Positions 47,130 to 56,791 of a DNA stretch of 64,000 nt are shown piece after piece. A program made the translations under genes and the position numbers. Source of the DNA: an uncultured virus (IMG/VR IMGVR_UViG_3300042319_002819) (Duplodnaviria > Heunggongvirae > Uroviricota > Caudoviricetes); IMG/VR virus record IMGVR_UViG_3300042319_002819. One strand, given 5' to 3'. The stretch's first letter is position 1. Each line of letters starts with the position of its first letter. Under the pieces are notes generated by a model. The model did no database searches. It saw only the letters and a program-made list of their open reading frames with translations, and was not told the DNA's origin.

Positions 47130-47510
47130 ATGGAAATTTTTATTCTTGGCACCGCTTTTGGTGCATTGACAACATACGTTATTCAGCAGGTTATGATGTA
47201 CTACGCCATGCGAAATTTGCAAGAACTGCTGGGCAAAGAACTGCTTGACAAACTCAGCGAAATCGATCACGCACCCGGCCTTCAAGATCAAACTGATCAT
47301 TCTCAGATCAAAACTCGAATCGAAGAAATTGACGGAGTGTTTTATATTTTCAATGCTGACAACAACGAGTTTGTGGCGCAGGGTGCAACAATGACCGAAA
47401 TACAAGAACACATGAACGCACGTATGATCAAAAGTGATGTAGTGGTCACTGCCGGTGACACCGGAACTGTGGAAAAATTTCGTAAACTAGTCAATATCAG
47501 CAACAACTGA
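47130..47510 (+). CDS. membrane-anchored hypothetical protein
   Basis: TTGACC..TATAAT promoter, AGGAG RBS, N-terminal TM, EFVAQG.T. Confidence 0.7.
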   Translation: MEIFILGTAFGALTTYVIQQVMMYYAMRNLQELLGKELLDKLSEIDHAPGLQDQTDHSQIKTRIEEIDGVFYIFNADNNEFVAQGATMTEIQEHMNARMIKSDVVVTAGDTGTVEKFRKLVNISNN

Positions 47511-47520
47511 TTGGAAAATA

Positions 47521-47691
47521 ATGAGTAAAACATTTACAATAACTCTAGAAGAAGATCCCGAAACCGGTGATTTAATTCTACCATTGCCACAAGAATTGTT
47601 GGATGATGCAGGCTGGGCCGAGGGAGATGTACTAAACTGGGAAGATAACAAAGACGGTTCCTGGAGCCTGACCAAGAAAGATATCGAATGA
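47521..47691 (+). CDS. AbrB/SpoVT-like small DNA-binding protein (56 aa, not in ORF track)
   Basis: MSKTFTITLEEDPETGDLILPLPQELLDDAGWAEGDVLNW... Confidence 0.7.
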   Translation: MSKTFTITLEEDPETGDLILPLPQELLDDAGWAEGDVLNWEDNKDGSWSLTKKDIE

Positions 47692-48419
47692 AAATTTATA
47701 TTGGCAAATATCGAGATCACTGGATCTCACCCTACACCATGTTGGATTACATGTTCTTCTGGACAGACTGGTCAAAGTGCGCTCGCTGGAAACTTCAGCA
47801 AACCTTGGAAGATGAAAGCCGAGCCAAGTCTGTCTACGTGGAACGACCTGACTGGTGCGAACCGTGGAGCGACCGTCTTGAACCCATTAGCAAGGCAATT
47901 CAGTGGGTGCTAGACCTTGTGCATCCTAAAATTGACTATGTGAAGATTGACTACTGGGACACCTGGAGCATGGACCATACCTTGAGTCCCATTATCCTGC
48001 CCATGTTGAAACAACTCAAAGAAAAAAAACACGGCGCCCCGTTTGTGGACGATGAAGATGTGCCCGAAGGCCTTGGTCTGCGCAGTACTGAAGCACCTGC
48101 CAAGGAAAACGAATGGGACACTGATGCCAATCACTTCCTGCGTTGGGACTGGGTCATGGGCGAAATGATCTTTGCGTTTGAGTGCAAGGTGGATGACAGT
48201 TGGCAAGATGCTTACCGTTCAGGCGAAATTGACTGGATCAGCGTTCCCGTGGATGCTGCCGGCAACGAAGTTGCCAAAGGCGAGCACAAGTACTTTCAAA
48301 TGAAAGATGGTCCTAAAAATACCTACAAATGCGACTATGAAGGCATGAAGAAGGTTGAAGACCGTATTCAAAACGGTTTTCGCTTGTTTGGCAAATACTA
48401 CCAGGCGCTGTGGGACTAA
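47688..48419 (+). CDS. conserved T4-like hypothetical protein
   Basis: DTWSMDHTL..II.PML.QLK..KHGAP; GFRLFGKYYQALWD. Confidence 0.8.
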   Translation: MKIYIGKYRDHWISPYTMLDYMFFWTDWSKCARWKLQQTLEDESRAKSVYVERPDWCEPWSDRLEPISKAIQWVLDLVHPKIDYVKIDYWDTWSMDHTLSPIILPMLKQLKEKKHGAPFVDDEDVPEGLGLRSTEAPAKENEWDTDANHFLRWDWVMGEMIFAFECKVDDSWQDAYRSGEIDWISVPVDAAGNEVAKGEHKYFQMKDGPKNTYKCDYEGMKKVEDRIQNGFRLFGKYYQALWD

Positions 48420-48646
48420 TGTTACTGCAAATGCTGGAAGAATCTTCCAAGACCCGTAATTTTGATCCAGTCACACAAAAACAATTTGATGACTGGCGTG
48501 TTGGCTATATATTTGATGGACTTCAAAACATAAGATATGGCCAAAGTTTTTGCAACACGTTTGACATCACCGACAGTATCTTGTTCTATGAACGAGATCC
48601 TGAATGGGCCGATGCTTACATTCGTAAAACCTACATTAAAGAATGA
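48419..48646 (+). CDS. hypothetical protein
   Basis: RYGQSFCN.F motif; coupled. Confidence 0.65.
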   Translation: MLLQMLEESSKTRNFDPVTQKQFDDWRVGYIFDGLQNIRYGQSFCNTFDITDSILFYERDPEWADAYIRKTYIKE

Positions 48647-48876
48647 TTAGCACCTTAGAAATTCAATCTAGAAGTCAAGACAGTTTCAACTATGTGCGTG
48701 AAATTCATAAACCACATGGTGAATTGGATGCCATCTTAGATTGGTGCAAGGTTGAGCTGGCCAGCGAATGGCGCTGGCAATTGGTGGATGTGAGTTCAAA
48801 CACACGTCCAGGACGATACATTTTTTACTTTGACAATGATCGCGACTGTGTGGCATTTACCATCAAATGGAGTTAA
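48643..48876 (+). CDS. hypothetical protein (F...D..AF.+KW family)
   Basis: DWC....W.W ... YFDNDRDCVAFTIKWS. Confidence 0.7.
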   Translation: MISTLEIQSRSQDSFNYVREIHKPHGELDAILDWCKVELASEWRWQLVDVSSNTRPGRYIFYFDNDRDCVAFTIKWS

Positions 48877-49023
48877 TTATCTCGATCAGTTGACAAGATA
48901 AACAGTAGGTATTACACTGTGCAACTTGCATACATAAACTTACGTCTGTAAAATTTCACAAGAGCTTTTGTATATTTTCAGGCTCTTGGTGTGCGCAAGC
49001 ACACTAACACAAAGGAGAAACCA

Positions 49024-49584
49024 ATGGAAAAATATATTAAATTATCACTACAAACTGTGGTGTTTTTAATAATTGCCACTTTCGGCATATCACTGATCAA
49101 CGCAGTAACCCAAAACAAACTAAACCGCCTGGCCGAAGTTGATTTTAGTTCAGTAACAACAATTGGCGAATTTAAAACAGCTCTCAAGGACAAAGAGCGT
49201 AGGCTACAATGCATGACCCAGAACATCTACTGGGAGGCTGCCAGTGAACCTGCTGAAGGAAAGCTGGCAGTGGCACAGATTGTAATGAACCGAGTAGAGA
49301 GTGGAAAGTTTCCCAACGATCCATGTCAAGTTGTGCATCAAAAGAACATAGTGTACGAACGAGTGCTGTGCCAATTTAGTTGGTACTGTGAGCAGAATTT
49401 CAAGACTCGACCCATTCATAAAAAGCTTTGGCTTGAGAGTGAAGAAGCCGCAAAGATGGTGATGTTTGATGGGTTCAGAATCCCTGAACTCAAAGACGCA
49501 CTGTATTATCATGCTGACTATGTCAACCCGCAATGGAACAAGAAGCAAGTGGCCAAAATTGGCCGACATATTTTTTACAAGTGA
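49024..49584 (+). CDS. cell wall hydrolase (SleB/Hydrolase_2 lytic transglycosylase), membrane-anchored
   Basis: NIYWEA..E...GKLAVAQ...NRV, CQFSWYC, ALYYHADYVNP.W, IGRHIFY. Confidence 0.92.
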   Translation: MEKYIKLSLQTVVFLIIATFGISLINAVTQNKLNRLAEVDFSSVTTIGEFKTALKDKERRLQCMTQNIYWEAASEPAEGKLAVAQIVMNRVESGKFPNDPCQVVHQKNIVYERVLCQFSWYCEQNFKTRPIHKKLWLESEEAAKMVMFDGFRIPELKDALYYHADYVNPQWNKKQVAKIGRHIFYK

Positions 49585-49591
49585 GACCTAA

Positions 49592-49897
49592 ATGAAAAAC
49601 TTTGATATTGAACAAACTGTGACTACCATGCAATCTTATATTGCACCTATATCAGCGGCCACCTTGAGTTGGTTGGCAGTGATACTATTTCATTCAGCCA
49701 CCTTGCCAACCCTGATTGCTGTGCTCACCGGCCTCAGTGACCGTATGCCCAGTGTGGACATGGTATTGCTGACCTGGGCTGGACTCACTGCCATGTTTGC
49801 ACAGGCAGTGGTACAACGCAACTTCCTCAACATTGTGACTATTGCTTTTGGATTCATTATCCAGAGTAGTCTAATGGTGTTGATTTTCTTCAAGTAA
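49592..49897 (+). CDS. 3-TM membrane protein
   Basis: Hydrophobic helices; follows cell wall hydrolase. Confidence 0.7.
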   Translation: MKNFDIEQTVTTMQSYIAPISAATLSWLAVILFHSATLPTLIAVLTGLSDRMPSVDMVLLTWAGLTAMFAQAVVQRNFLNIVTIAFGFIIQSSLMVLIFFK

Positions 49898-49914
49898 TCT
49901 GTTATACTTGTTAG

Positions 49915-50649
49915 ATGAACTTACATAGACTTTTAGACCGCATTGAAGAATGGTGGCGCTACCCACAGCCCACCCGTGTGCAGAAAACATTGTTGGGACT
50001 CTACACTGATGTCATTGACACTGAGTTTACCGCAACGAGATTGGCCAGTGAGGAATCGGCTCGTTATGTGCTAGAACACATGCGGGCAGTTCCAAACTTT
50101 CCCACTGACTATGACTTACATGAGTGGGTATGCAAAACACAGTTAGACAACAAACTTGGCTTGCGTGGTATGGTGCTTGAGTTTGGGGTGGCCACTGGGC
50201 GTACATTGAATCAATTTGCACATTGGTTACCGCACAAAATTGTACATGGATTTGATGGCTTTGAAGGCTTGCCCGAAGATTGGACATCAAGAATGCGCAA
50301 AGGTTTCTTTGCAAGAAGCAAGCTTCCTAGAGTTCGTGCCAACTGTGAATTGCATGTGGGTTGGTTTGACCAGACCCTGCCAGGCTTTGTTCAAGAACAG
50401 GGGTCCAGGCCTGTGCAATTGTTGCACGTGGATTGTGATTTGTATTCCAGTACAAAAACAGTACTCAACCAATTAAAAGATAACATTGTGCCAGGCACAG
50501 TAATCATCTTTGATGAGTACATGAACTACCCTGGTTGGCAACTTGATGAATTCAAGGCCTGGCAAGAGCATTGTAAAATGTACGGAGTTAAATATGAGTA
50601 CATTGGTAGGGTTTCCAAGCACCAAAAAGTAGCAGTAAGAGTGTTGTAA
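49915..50649 (+). CDS. TylF/class I SAM-dependent O-methyltransferase
   Basis: LEFGVATG, GFDGFEGLP, GWFDQTL, LHVDCDLYSS, IFDEY. Confidence 0.88.
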   Translation: MNLHRLLDRIEEWWRYPQPTRVQKTLLGLYTDVIDTEFTATRLASEESARYVLEHMRAVPNFPTDYDLHEWVCKTQLDNKLGLRGMVLEFGVATGRTLNQFAHWLPHKIVHGFDGFEGLPEDWTSRMRKGFFARSKLPRVRANCELHVGWFDQTLPGFVQEQGSRPVQLLHVDCDLYSSTKTVLNQLKDNIVPGTVIIFDEYMNYPGWQLDEFKAWQEHCKMYGVKYEYIGRVSKHQKVAVRVL

Positions 50650-50698
50650 AAATACAACACTGTGCTGGTTGACAACAATTGGCATTTTCGCATATAAT
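50642..50698 (+). promoter_or_regulatory. TGTTG-N8-CAACA palindrome plus sigma70 promoter
   Basis: agtgttg-taaaaata-caacact; TTGACA-18-TATAAT. Confidence 0.8.
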
Positions 50699-50793
50699 AT
50701 GCATACAGTAGGAAATTCTACTGGCTAACCTAAAAACAATGACGTGACATGGTGTCACAGATTTGAATGGTTACGAACGAAAGGTACTTTATT

Positions 50794-51984
50794 ATGGCCA
50801 TCGCCAACATCTCCTATGCGGCTCAACGCAACGCCGTTTATCAAAACTCCTCCTCCAACCTTGTTGATCTAGTTCAACGTCTCAATGACACTGTTGCCGC
50901 AATGCCACTTCAGGCTCAGCGCAACTGGCAAGCCAAATTGGCCAAGGCCCTGGCAACATTCAAACGTAACAACCCTGGACTCAAGAGCATCAATGACCGC
51001 TCTAAGTTTCGTTTGTGCAAGAGCTTGATGGGCAAGCTCAAAGACATTCGAATCGACACCACCATGCAACGTGAACCCAACTTGCAGTGGATTATCACCA
51101 TTATTGAGAACTTCCGTGCATACCAAGCACAGCCTATTCAGGTATACGCCACACCCGATGGTGGATGGGGTGGGTGGGATGGACAGCACACCTCTCTGGC
51201 CTTGTTTCTGATTGCTGTGCACGGACTTGGCGAGCGTTTTGAAGATGTAGAAGTACCCATTAACATCTACGACATTGTGAGCCGTGGCGAGATTCGCGGT
51301 AACTTTATTCGTAACAACACTACCACTGGCAAGCAAGCCGGCAAAAAGTCCTTGGACATTATTGACTTGATTATGCAAATGATTTATGGCGTTGAAGTGG
51401 ACGGTGTCACTGAACAAGAGTGGGTAGATGCACATGCCAAGTGGAAGGCTCTTGCTGATGCTGGCATGTTTATGACTGCCGACAAGTTCAACGACACTGA
51501 AGAAATTGGTGCTATCAGTCGCCTCAATGAGATCAACGACTCTAGTGTCAATGTAATTAAACAATTTGCAGTTTATGGCAAGTATGTTGTGGACTTGCAA
51601 AAACGTTCTATTAATACCAAGGAAATTCCCATCATCATGGAATTCTTTAATCTGTGCGAACAGCAAGACATCGCATATACTGATGCTGAGATAGAAGACT
51701 TGGCTCAGCATTGTATTGACTTGTTTGATGCCAACTTTGATGCCAAAGGTCCATTCTGGGACGTGGCTCATCAAGCCAGCATAAACGCCTGGAACAAGCA
51801 CAACCGAGGCAAGGACAAGCGTGACTGGACTGACCCACCACGCAATAGCAAGAACGTGCCACAAGGTATTGCATTTTTCTGGCACCAATTGCAAAAGTCT
51901 TGGGTACCCACACAAGGTGCAGGCTTTAAGTTTCCCAAGCAACCCTTCTCTGTGTATCAACCTGACGCCAAGGACTTGTTCTAA
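50794..51984 (+). CDS. ParB/Srx-fold (DGQH) protein
   Basis: ID.TMQRE...I..NF....QPI.VY..PDG....WDGQHT. Confidence 0.7.
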   Translation: MAIANISYAAQRNAVYQNSSSNLVDLVQRLNDTVAAMPLQAQRNWQAKLAKALATFKRNNPGLKSINDRSKFRLCKSLMGKLKDIRIDTTMQREPNLQWIITIIENFRAYQAQPIQVYATPDGGWGGWDGQHTSLALFLIAVHGLGERFEDVEVPINIYDIVSRGEIRGNFIRNNTTTGKQAGKKSLDIIDLIMQMIYGVEVDGVTEQEWVDAHAKWKALADAGMFMTADKFNDTEEIGAISRLNEINDSSVNVIKQFAVYGKYVVDLQKRSINTKEIPIIMEFFNLCEQQDIAYTDAEIEDLAQHCIDLFDANFDAKGPFWDVAHQASINAWNKHNRGKDKRDWTDPPRNSKNVPQGIAFFWHQLQKSWVPTQGAGFKFPKQPFSVYQPDAKDLF

Positions 51985-52175
51985 TGAAAGTCACCAGAGT
52001 TGAACAACAACAAACCGCTTATCGTGCAGAGCAAGCTCGCTTGCAAGATCAACGCAATGAACAATACCTGGCCAAAGCTGAACAGAAAAAGTTTGATGAC
52101 ATTGTTGCCGAACGAGTCAATAGAGCTAGACGCTTGGGCTTGGACCGAGGTCAAAATGTTGACATGGAGTGCTAA
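51984..52175 (+). CDS. small coiled-coil protein
   Basis: Coupled; ends DRGQNVDMEC. Confidence 0.6.
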   Translation: MKVTRVEQQQTAYRAEQARLQDQRNEQYLAKAEQKKFDDIVAERVNRARRLGLDRGQNVDMEC

Positions 52176-52176
52176 T

Positions 52177-52734
52177 ATGAAACTAATACCATTACAAGAA
52201 CGTGTTACTAATTTTGCGCAAAAGAAACCCACACCTGTAAAACGTGGTGGTGCAAGCTATGATGAAACTCAGCAATTTTGCCGAAGTGAAATTGAGCGAT
52301 ATGTGGAAATGTATCGTCAACTAAAGGTAGAGGGCCAAACCGCACGTCTCATCCGAGACCAAATTGATGTGTTGTTGCGACGATATCATGGCTATAGCAT
52401 CAAAGAAAACATTGGCGCCCACTACTATGAAACTGGCTTGCCACATGGTACCAAGACAGACTTTGAGCACGTGATTCCAGCTTCTGTGGCTCGTGACTTG
52501 ATATTGTTTGGTCGACTCACTGTAGACGAAGCTTTGAACATTCCCACTTGCCGGTTGAGTGCCGCCAAACATAAAAAATTGAACTCCACCAAGTTGGGGT
52601 CAACTACGCCCGACATCTATTGGTTTTGGCAACGCTACCAAGAACTTGGTATCAAACTTGAGACCCATGATGGTGTTGAGATTGATGTCAGTACTTGGAA
52701 TTTAGACAGTCACTATTCTTACTTTAAGGTATAA
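52177..52734 (+). CDS. HNH-like (EHxxP) protein
   Basis: TDFEHVIP motif. Confidence 0.5.
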   Translation: MKLIPLQERVTNFAQKKPTPVKRGGASYDETQQFCRSEIERYVEMYRQLKVEGQTARLIRDQIDVLLRRYHGYSIKENIGAHYYETGLPHGTKTDFEHVIPASVARDLILFGRLTVDEALNIPTCRLSAAKHKKLNSTKLGSTTPDIYWFWQRYQELGIKLETHDGVEIDVSTWNLDSHYSYFKV

Positions 52735-52738
52735 TATC

Positions 52739-52999
52739 ATGAGCAGACTTGCATTATTTGGACGTCCCTGGGTTGTGTTTGATGCCACCAACAAAGATCA
52801 TCGTAGATGGTTTGCAGAGTTTAACAAAAACTCTTCCTGGGCACACTGTCCGGTTCGTTTTGTAGTAGATGACGGCGATTTGATCACTATGATTCAGCGT
52901 CATTTGATTCAATACTATGTGGATCGAGAATTTGTTGTAAAAAAACAACACGATTCCCGTGAGTGGCAAGTGGTAAAAAAACAACAAAAAAGAGGTTGA
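52739..52999 (+). CDS. hypothetical protein
   Basis: FDA.NK.HR.WF..F....SW..CP.RF. Confidence 0.7.
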   Translation: MSRLALFGRPWVVFDATNKDHRRWFAEFNKNSSWAHCPVRFVVDDGDLITMIQRHLIQYYVDREFVVKKQHDSREWQVVKKQQKRG

Positions 53000-53024
53000 C
53001 CAGAATTCCTGTATTTGCTATAAT
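52933..53024 (+). promoter_or_regulatory. two N8 palindromes plus sigma70 early promoter
   Basis: tgttg-taaaaaaa-caaca 52933, degenerate copy 52969; TTGACC 52996 -17- TATAAT. Confidence 0.8.
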
Positions 53025-53054
53025 AGAGCTATAGTAAACAAACAGGAGTTGGTG

Positions 53055-53795
53055 ATGAACCCTAGTACGTACTTTACCCCGCAAAATGGTTACAATCCTC
53101 GCTATGGTAAACGCCATCACGGTACAAAGGCATCTGTGAAATCATTCAAGTATTCAGTTGAAGATGTCTGGGGTGCGGCTGTGGCGGCACAACGTGTTAA
53201 CGGCGAGTACGTCAAAGAAGATAAGATCAATATCAACGAAGATGGTTCTCATGAAACTCTCAAGAAGCGCAATCGTGACATTATGATGGATTTCCTGGCT
53301 GTGCCCGGAACCATCACTGACGAAGATCGTGCAACTGGTCGTGAGTGCCGTAGATTCTTGCAAAATGATCTTACCTTCCGAGCTCTCAAAGGTCAGCTCA
53401 GTGCGTTTGATGCCAGTGTGAAACACACCGTTGCAGTCGAAGATGAATTTGACAGTGTGCAACATCGACTGGAGCTGGCTGTGGTTGCATGCCTACCACA
53501 GAGCCATCAACGTTCATTAGTGCGCCAATCAATACAGGATCGTGTACGTAATGCCAGCGGTGGCTATGTTGGCAATGTCAGCGACAAAGTCGCATTGGAC
53601 GCAGAAGTTGTGAGTGCCAATTGGAGCAATATATACAACATTTTTTGGGTCACCGCAATTACCCAAGATAACCGAGCTTTGTTTTTCAGCTACAAATCTC
53701 AGCTGAACTCGGGTGTCCAGGTCAAATTAGTTGGTACAGTGAAAGCTCACCGTGACAACAAAACCCAACTTAATCGTGTAAAGGTGATTGTGTGA
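53055..53795 (+). CDS. hypothetical protein, C-terminal OB-fold-like
   Basis: AGGAG RBS; G.VKAH....TQLNRVK. Confidence 0.7.
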   Translation: MNPSTYFTPQNGYNPRYGKRHHGTKASVKSFKYSVEDVWGAAVAAQRVNGEYVKEDKININEDGSHETLKKRNRDIMMDFLAVPGTITDEDRATGRECRRFLQNDLTFRALKGQLSAFDASVKHTVAVEDEFDSVQHRLELAVVACLPQSHQRSLVRQSIQDRVRNASGGYVGNVSDKVALDAEVVSANWSNIYNIFWVTAITQDNRALFFSYKSQLNSGVQVKLVGTVKAHRDNKTQLNRVKVIV

Positions 53796-54022
53796 ATACA
53801 GAATTGATTCAGAAATTAAAGTCGCAATGTATTGTCCGTGAAGTACGTGGTACCGATGCGTTTGACAATTATATGGTAGATCGGTTTGATACTGAAAAGT
53901 TTGCAGAACTGATTGTCAAAGAATGTGACCGTTATGCCCGTAGTGTATGGGAACATGGTCCGTTGTTGGGTAGAGACTTGTTAATCCATTTTGGTGTTGA
54001 GGAGATAAAAGATGAACAGTAA
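53792..54022 (+). CDS. hypothetical protein (KFAELIV.EC family)
   Basis: EKFAELIVKEC...HFGVE. Confidence 0.7.
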   Translation: MNTELIQKLKSQCIVREVRGTDAFDNYMVDRFDTEKFAELIVKECDRYARSVWEHGPLLGRDLLIHFGVEEIKDEQ

Positions 54023-54248
54023 ACCAATTACACTTACAAATCTTACGCCTCATCAAGTTGATCTGTTGGATCACATGTGGAATCTTGAAAGCATGCAAGA
54101 AGTAGAAGAATGGCAGTCTACCTTGAGTGCCAGCGATCGTGTGATGAGTGATACACTGATGCGCATGGTGCTTCATGAAGTAGTCGAGGATCTTGTGGTA
54201 GAAGATCTAAGTTTGGCACGTGAATACTTGACAAGGTTTCGGCTGTGA
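54012..54248 (+). CDS. hypothetical protein
   Basis: GAGGAG RBS; coupled. Confidence 0.65.
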   Translation: MNSKPITLTNLTPHQVDLLDHMWNLESMQEVEEWQSTLSASDRVMSDTLMRMVLHEVVEDLVVEDLSLAREYLTRFRL

Positions 54249-54586
54249 ACTACAAAGAACATCAATTCCTGGTTATGTGGGATTGTAACGGACTAGAATA
54301 TGTAGCCGACATCACTGCTGATCACCAACGTGTGACCTGGGAAAAACTACAAGGCAAAGACAGTCCCAAACATGCCTATGCAAACCCATATCATTTGAAG
54401 CTCAGGGCACAGTTTAATTCTCAACGTCACTACGAGATCTATACATTTAATGCTGTAGAAGGTATTGGTGAGCAAGAAATTCGTGACATGTTTGAAAACA
54501 ATCCGCAGATGGCCGCAGACACCATACGTGGAATAGGGCATTGCATCCATAGTGATCGTGCCAGGCAAGAAGTTGCAATACGATGA
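54245..54586 (+). CDS. hypothetical protein
   Basis: MWDCNGLE, RA..N.QRHYEIY. Confidence 0.7.
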   Translation: MNYKEHQFLVMWDCNGLEYVADITADHQRVTWEKLQGKDSPKHAYANPYHLKLRAQFNSQRHYEIYTFNAVEGIGEQEIRDMFENNPQMAADTIRGIGHCIHSDRARQEVAIR

Positions 54587-55047
54587 AGAAAATATACTAT
54601 GAAAAAATTGGCCGTCGATATCATCCTGTTGCTGAGTATGATAATGATCTTTTGGACAGTTTCCCTAAAGGTAATCACTTGGTCATGTGTTACCCCGGGG
54701 GTTCATCCCGTAGGTTTAACGTGGAACCTGACTATGCCGCGATGATTGCTGCCGGGCGTGTGGCCGAAGAAGCTATTTGTGAAGTAATGCGCAAGGCCAG
54801 CGAATTGCGACCACAGCAGACTCCCATCACGCTGGGTCAAAAGAAAGCATGGGAAAAGTTGGCCAAAGAGTTTGGATCTGAGCTTGCTACATTATCTGGG
54901 TTATGCATCCGCGATTGTGCCGAAGCTGGTGTCAATGCCATGCAACTAGAAGCTGATAAATTACTCACCAATTCAGCAGTGAAGCTGGCCTACAATCACT
55001 TTTTAATGGTATGTGAATTAACCAAGGAGAATAAAAATGGGGCTTGA
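54583..55047 (+). CDS. hypothetical protein
   Basis: Coupled 154-aa ORF. Confidence 0.7.
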   Translation: MKKIYYEKIGRRYHPVAEYDNDLLDSFPKGNHLVMCYPGGSSRRFNVEPDYAAMIAAGRVAEEAICEVMRKASELRPQQTPITLGQKKAWEKLAKEFGSELATLSGLCIRDCAEAGVNAMQLEADKLLTNSAVKLAYNHFLMVCELTKENKNGA

Positions 55048-55465
55048 TATGTATGCCTATGTTGCCACCAGAGCCGGGCAACAACGTGACTTTTATGAGA
55101 GTGCCGAATTTGACCAAGATTCCAAGGAATTTGTCAACAAGGTAGTATCCAAACCACAGGAACTAGCTTATTGGCGCAAGCATCCTAACCTCCATGGTTG
55201 GATGGAACAACTGTGGCACAGTAAAAATGAGCCTGGTCTGCAAAGTCAAGATCAAACTTTTAATGGCATTGAGCTAGAGCTAACATATGAGGACTTGGAG
55301 ATACTAGAACTTGATGTCATTGCTGGCACACTACCTGGCACCTCGGGATTCTTTTTTGGCGACAATGCTGATGAACACTACAAGGAACAGGACCTGGAGT
55401 TTATTCGGAATGCTCGAGCAGAGTTGTTCATGGGATTAAAAGTATTTTATAATTCTAGTTGGTAA
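55037..55465 (+). CDS. conserved phage protein
   Basis: MGLDMY, YWRKHPNLHGWM, GFFFG, Y.SSW. Confidence 0.8.
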   Translation: MGLDMYAYVATRAGQQRDFYESAEFDQDSKEFVNKVVSKPQELAYWRKHPNLHGWMEQLWHSKNEPGLQSQDQTFNGIELELTYEDLEILELDVIAGTLPGTSGFFFGDNADEHYKEQDLEFIRNARAELFMGLKVFYNSSW

Positions 55466-55471
55466 CACTAT

Positions 55472-55891
55472 ATGAAAATTGGATTAAGTTATAGTCGGTG
55501 TGTGCGCGACATTGTGGACGGCACAGTTGATATCAATGACGTTCTGGTCATCATTTCTCGCACAGATTTTGATCCGCACGATGATGAGCAATGGGCGGGT
55601 ATTTGGCAGGGATATCACCAACGTGGGGGCTGGAGTAATCCTGAATGGGGACATTACGCCAGTGAAGATGAGGGTCTCTTTCGTTCAGTGAGCATTGAAC
55701 TTTGGGAAACTGGGAAACTACACCAGCCTCGTAAGTTTGGCGCAGACCCTAGTCGCCGTCCTGAGATTTGGCTTGAGGCAGTTCTGCCCAGTAGTGAACT
55801 CAACCGCAATCCTGCGGCAAAGGATGCCTGGGACAAGTTCCAAACTGTGGCTGGGTTGACCAATGTAAAATTGGACTCAAAATACCAGTAA
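55472..55891 (+). CDS. hypothetical protein
   Basis: IGLSYSRCVRDI..G; GKLHQPR. Confidence 0.7.
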   Translation: MKIGLSYSRCVRDIVDGTVDINDVLVIISRTDFDPHDDEQWAGIWQGYHQRGGWSNPEWGHYASEDEGLFRSVSIELWETGKLHQPRKFGADPSRRPEIWLEAVLPSSELNRNPAAKDAWDKFQTVAGLTNVKLDSKYQ

Positions 55892-55897
55892 AATCTG

Positions 55898-56038
55898 GTT
55901 GACCAATAAATCCATTTATTGTATAATACTTGTATGATAACTAACAATTTTATCAGATTTGAGTTGCCCAAAAACAACAATTTTGGGTGCTCAGATACAG
56001 CAAAAGTGGTTGACACAATAATCCAATTTTGCTATACT
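55898..56038 (+). promoter_or_regulatory. tandem sigma70 promoters with N8 palindrome
   Basis: TTGACC..TATAAT ~55899-55927; agttg-N8-caaca 55962; TTGACA 56010 -17- TATACT. Confidence 0.75.
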
Positions 56039-56100
56039 AATGACATGCTGTTGAAAGCGGCATGTTTTTAATCAACTTTAGGCAATTTGAAAGGCATATT

Positions 56101-56463
56101 ATGGCTAAGCAAGACAACAAAACTTTTACCGTAGCTGGTACTGCAACTAATCCCGATGGGACTACCAAAGCTCGTTTTGCAAACGACTTTGTGGCACGTA
56201 TCAAGATTCTCAACAAAGCAGGTTGTACCAACGTCAATCTCGTTGAGCTACCCTCACCAATGACCAAGACCGAGGCCTTGGCGTATTTGCAAACCCTGGA
56301 TGGCTTTGCTGGTGATGCTGGTTATGCAATCGCTAATCGCGCCGCTGACAAGGCCAAGGCTTCTAAGAAAAATGAAGTCAAGGTCACTCTCAAAACTGGC
56401 GGGAAAGCCAGTGCCAAGCCCACAGTCACTGTTGAGGCAGGCAAACAAGCCGAAGCAGTCTAA
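56101..56463 (+). CDS. hypothetical protein with Lys/Ala-rich tail
   Basis: KARFAND..RIK.L.K.G...V.L.ELP..MTK. Confidence 0.75.
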   Translation: MAKQDNKTFTVAGTATNPDGTTKARFANDFVARIKILNKAGCTNVNLVELPSPMTKTEALAYLQTLDGFAGDAGYAIANRAADKAKASKKNEVKVTLKTGGKASAKPTVTVEAGKQAEAV

Positions 56464-56481
56464 CCAACTGTTTTCCCAACC

Positions 56482-56510
56482 AAAGCGGCCCCTGGGCCGC
56501 TTTATCTTTT
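56482..56510 (+). terminator. intrinsic terminator
   Basis: aaagcggcc-cctg-ggccgcttt plus T-rich tail. Confidence 0.75.
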
Positions 56511-56545
56511 GTGTAAAAGATTCTTGATTTGGCATAATTAATTTG

Positions 56546-56791
56546 ATGCTGAATCGTAATTCCTTGTCTACTGAAATCTGCGATATCATAGTGAAACTTT
56601 GTGCAGTACTACACAGTCACGGATATCAGCAAGTGCCAATCGGCGCCATGATGCGGCTGTTGGGAGTTGATCCAGCTCAGGCCGAAAAGCACGACAACGA
56701 ATACTTTGAGTTAGACTCAGACTTTTTAGAACTAATGCAACAACAAGAGTCAGTGGCTCAACCACCACCACCTGGTACCATATTACATTAA
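56546..56791 (+). CDS. hypothetical protein
   Basis: 81-aa ORF ending PPGTILH. Confidence 0.65.
   Translation: MLNRNSLSTEICDIIVKLCAVLHSHGYQQVPIGAMMRLLGVDPAQAEKHDNEYFELDSDFLELMQQQESVAQPPPPGTILH

Noticed and set aside
50869..51960. 363-aa minus-strand ORF
   Set aside because: Antisense shadow of the ParB-like gene; no RBS, no motif, atypical composition
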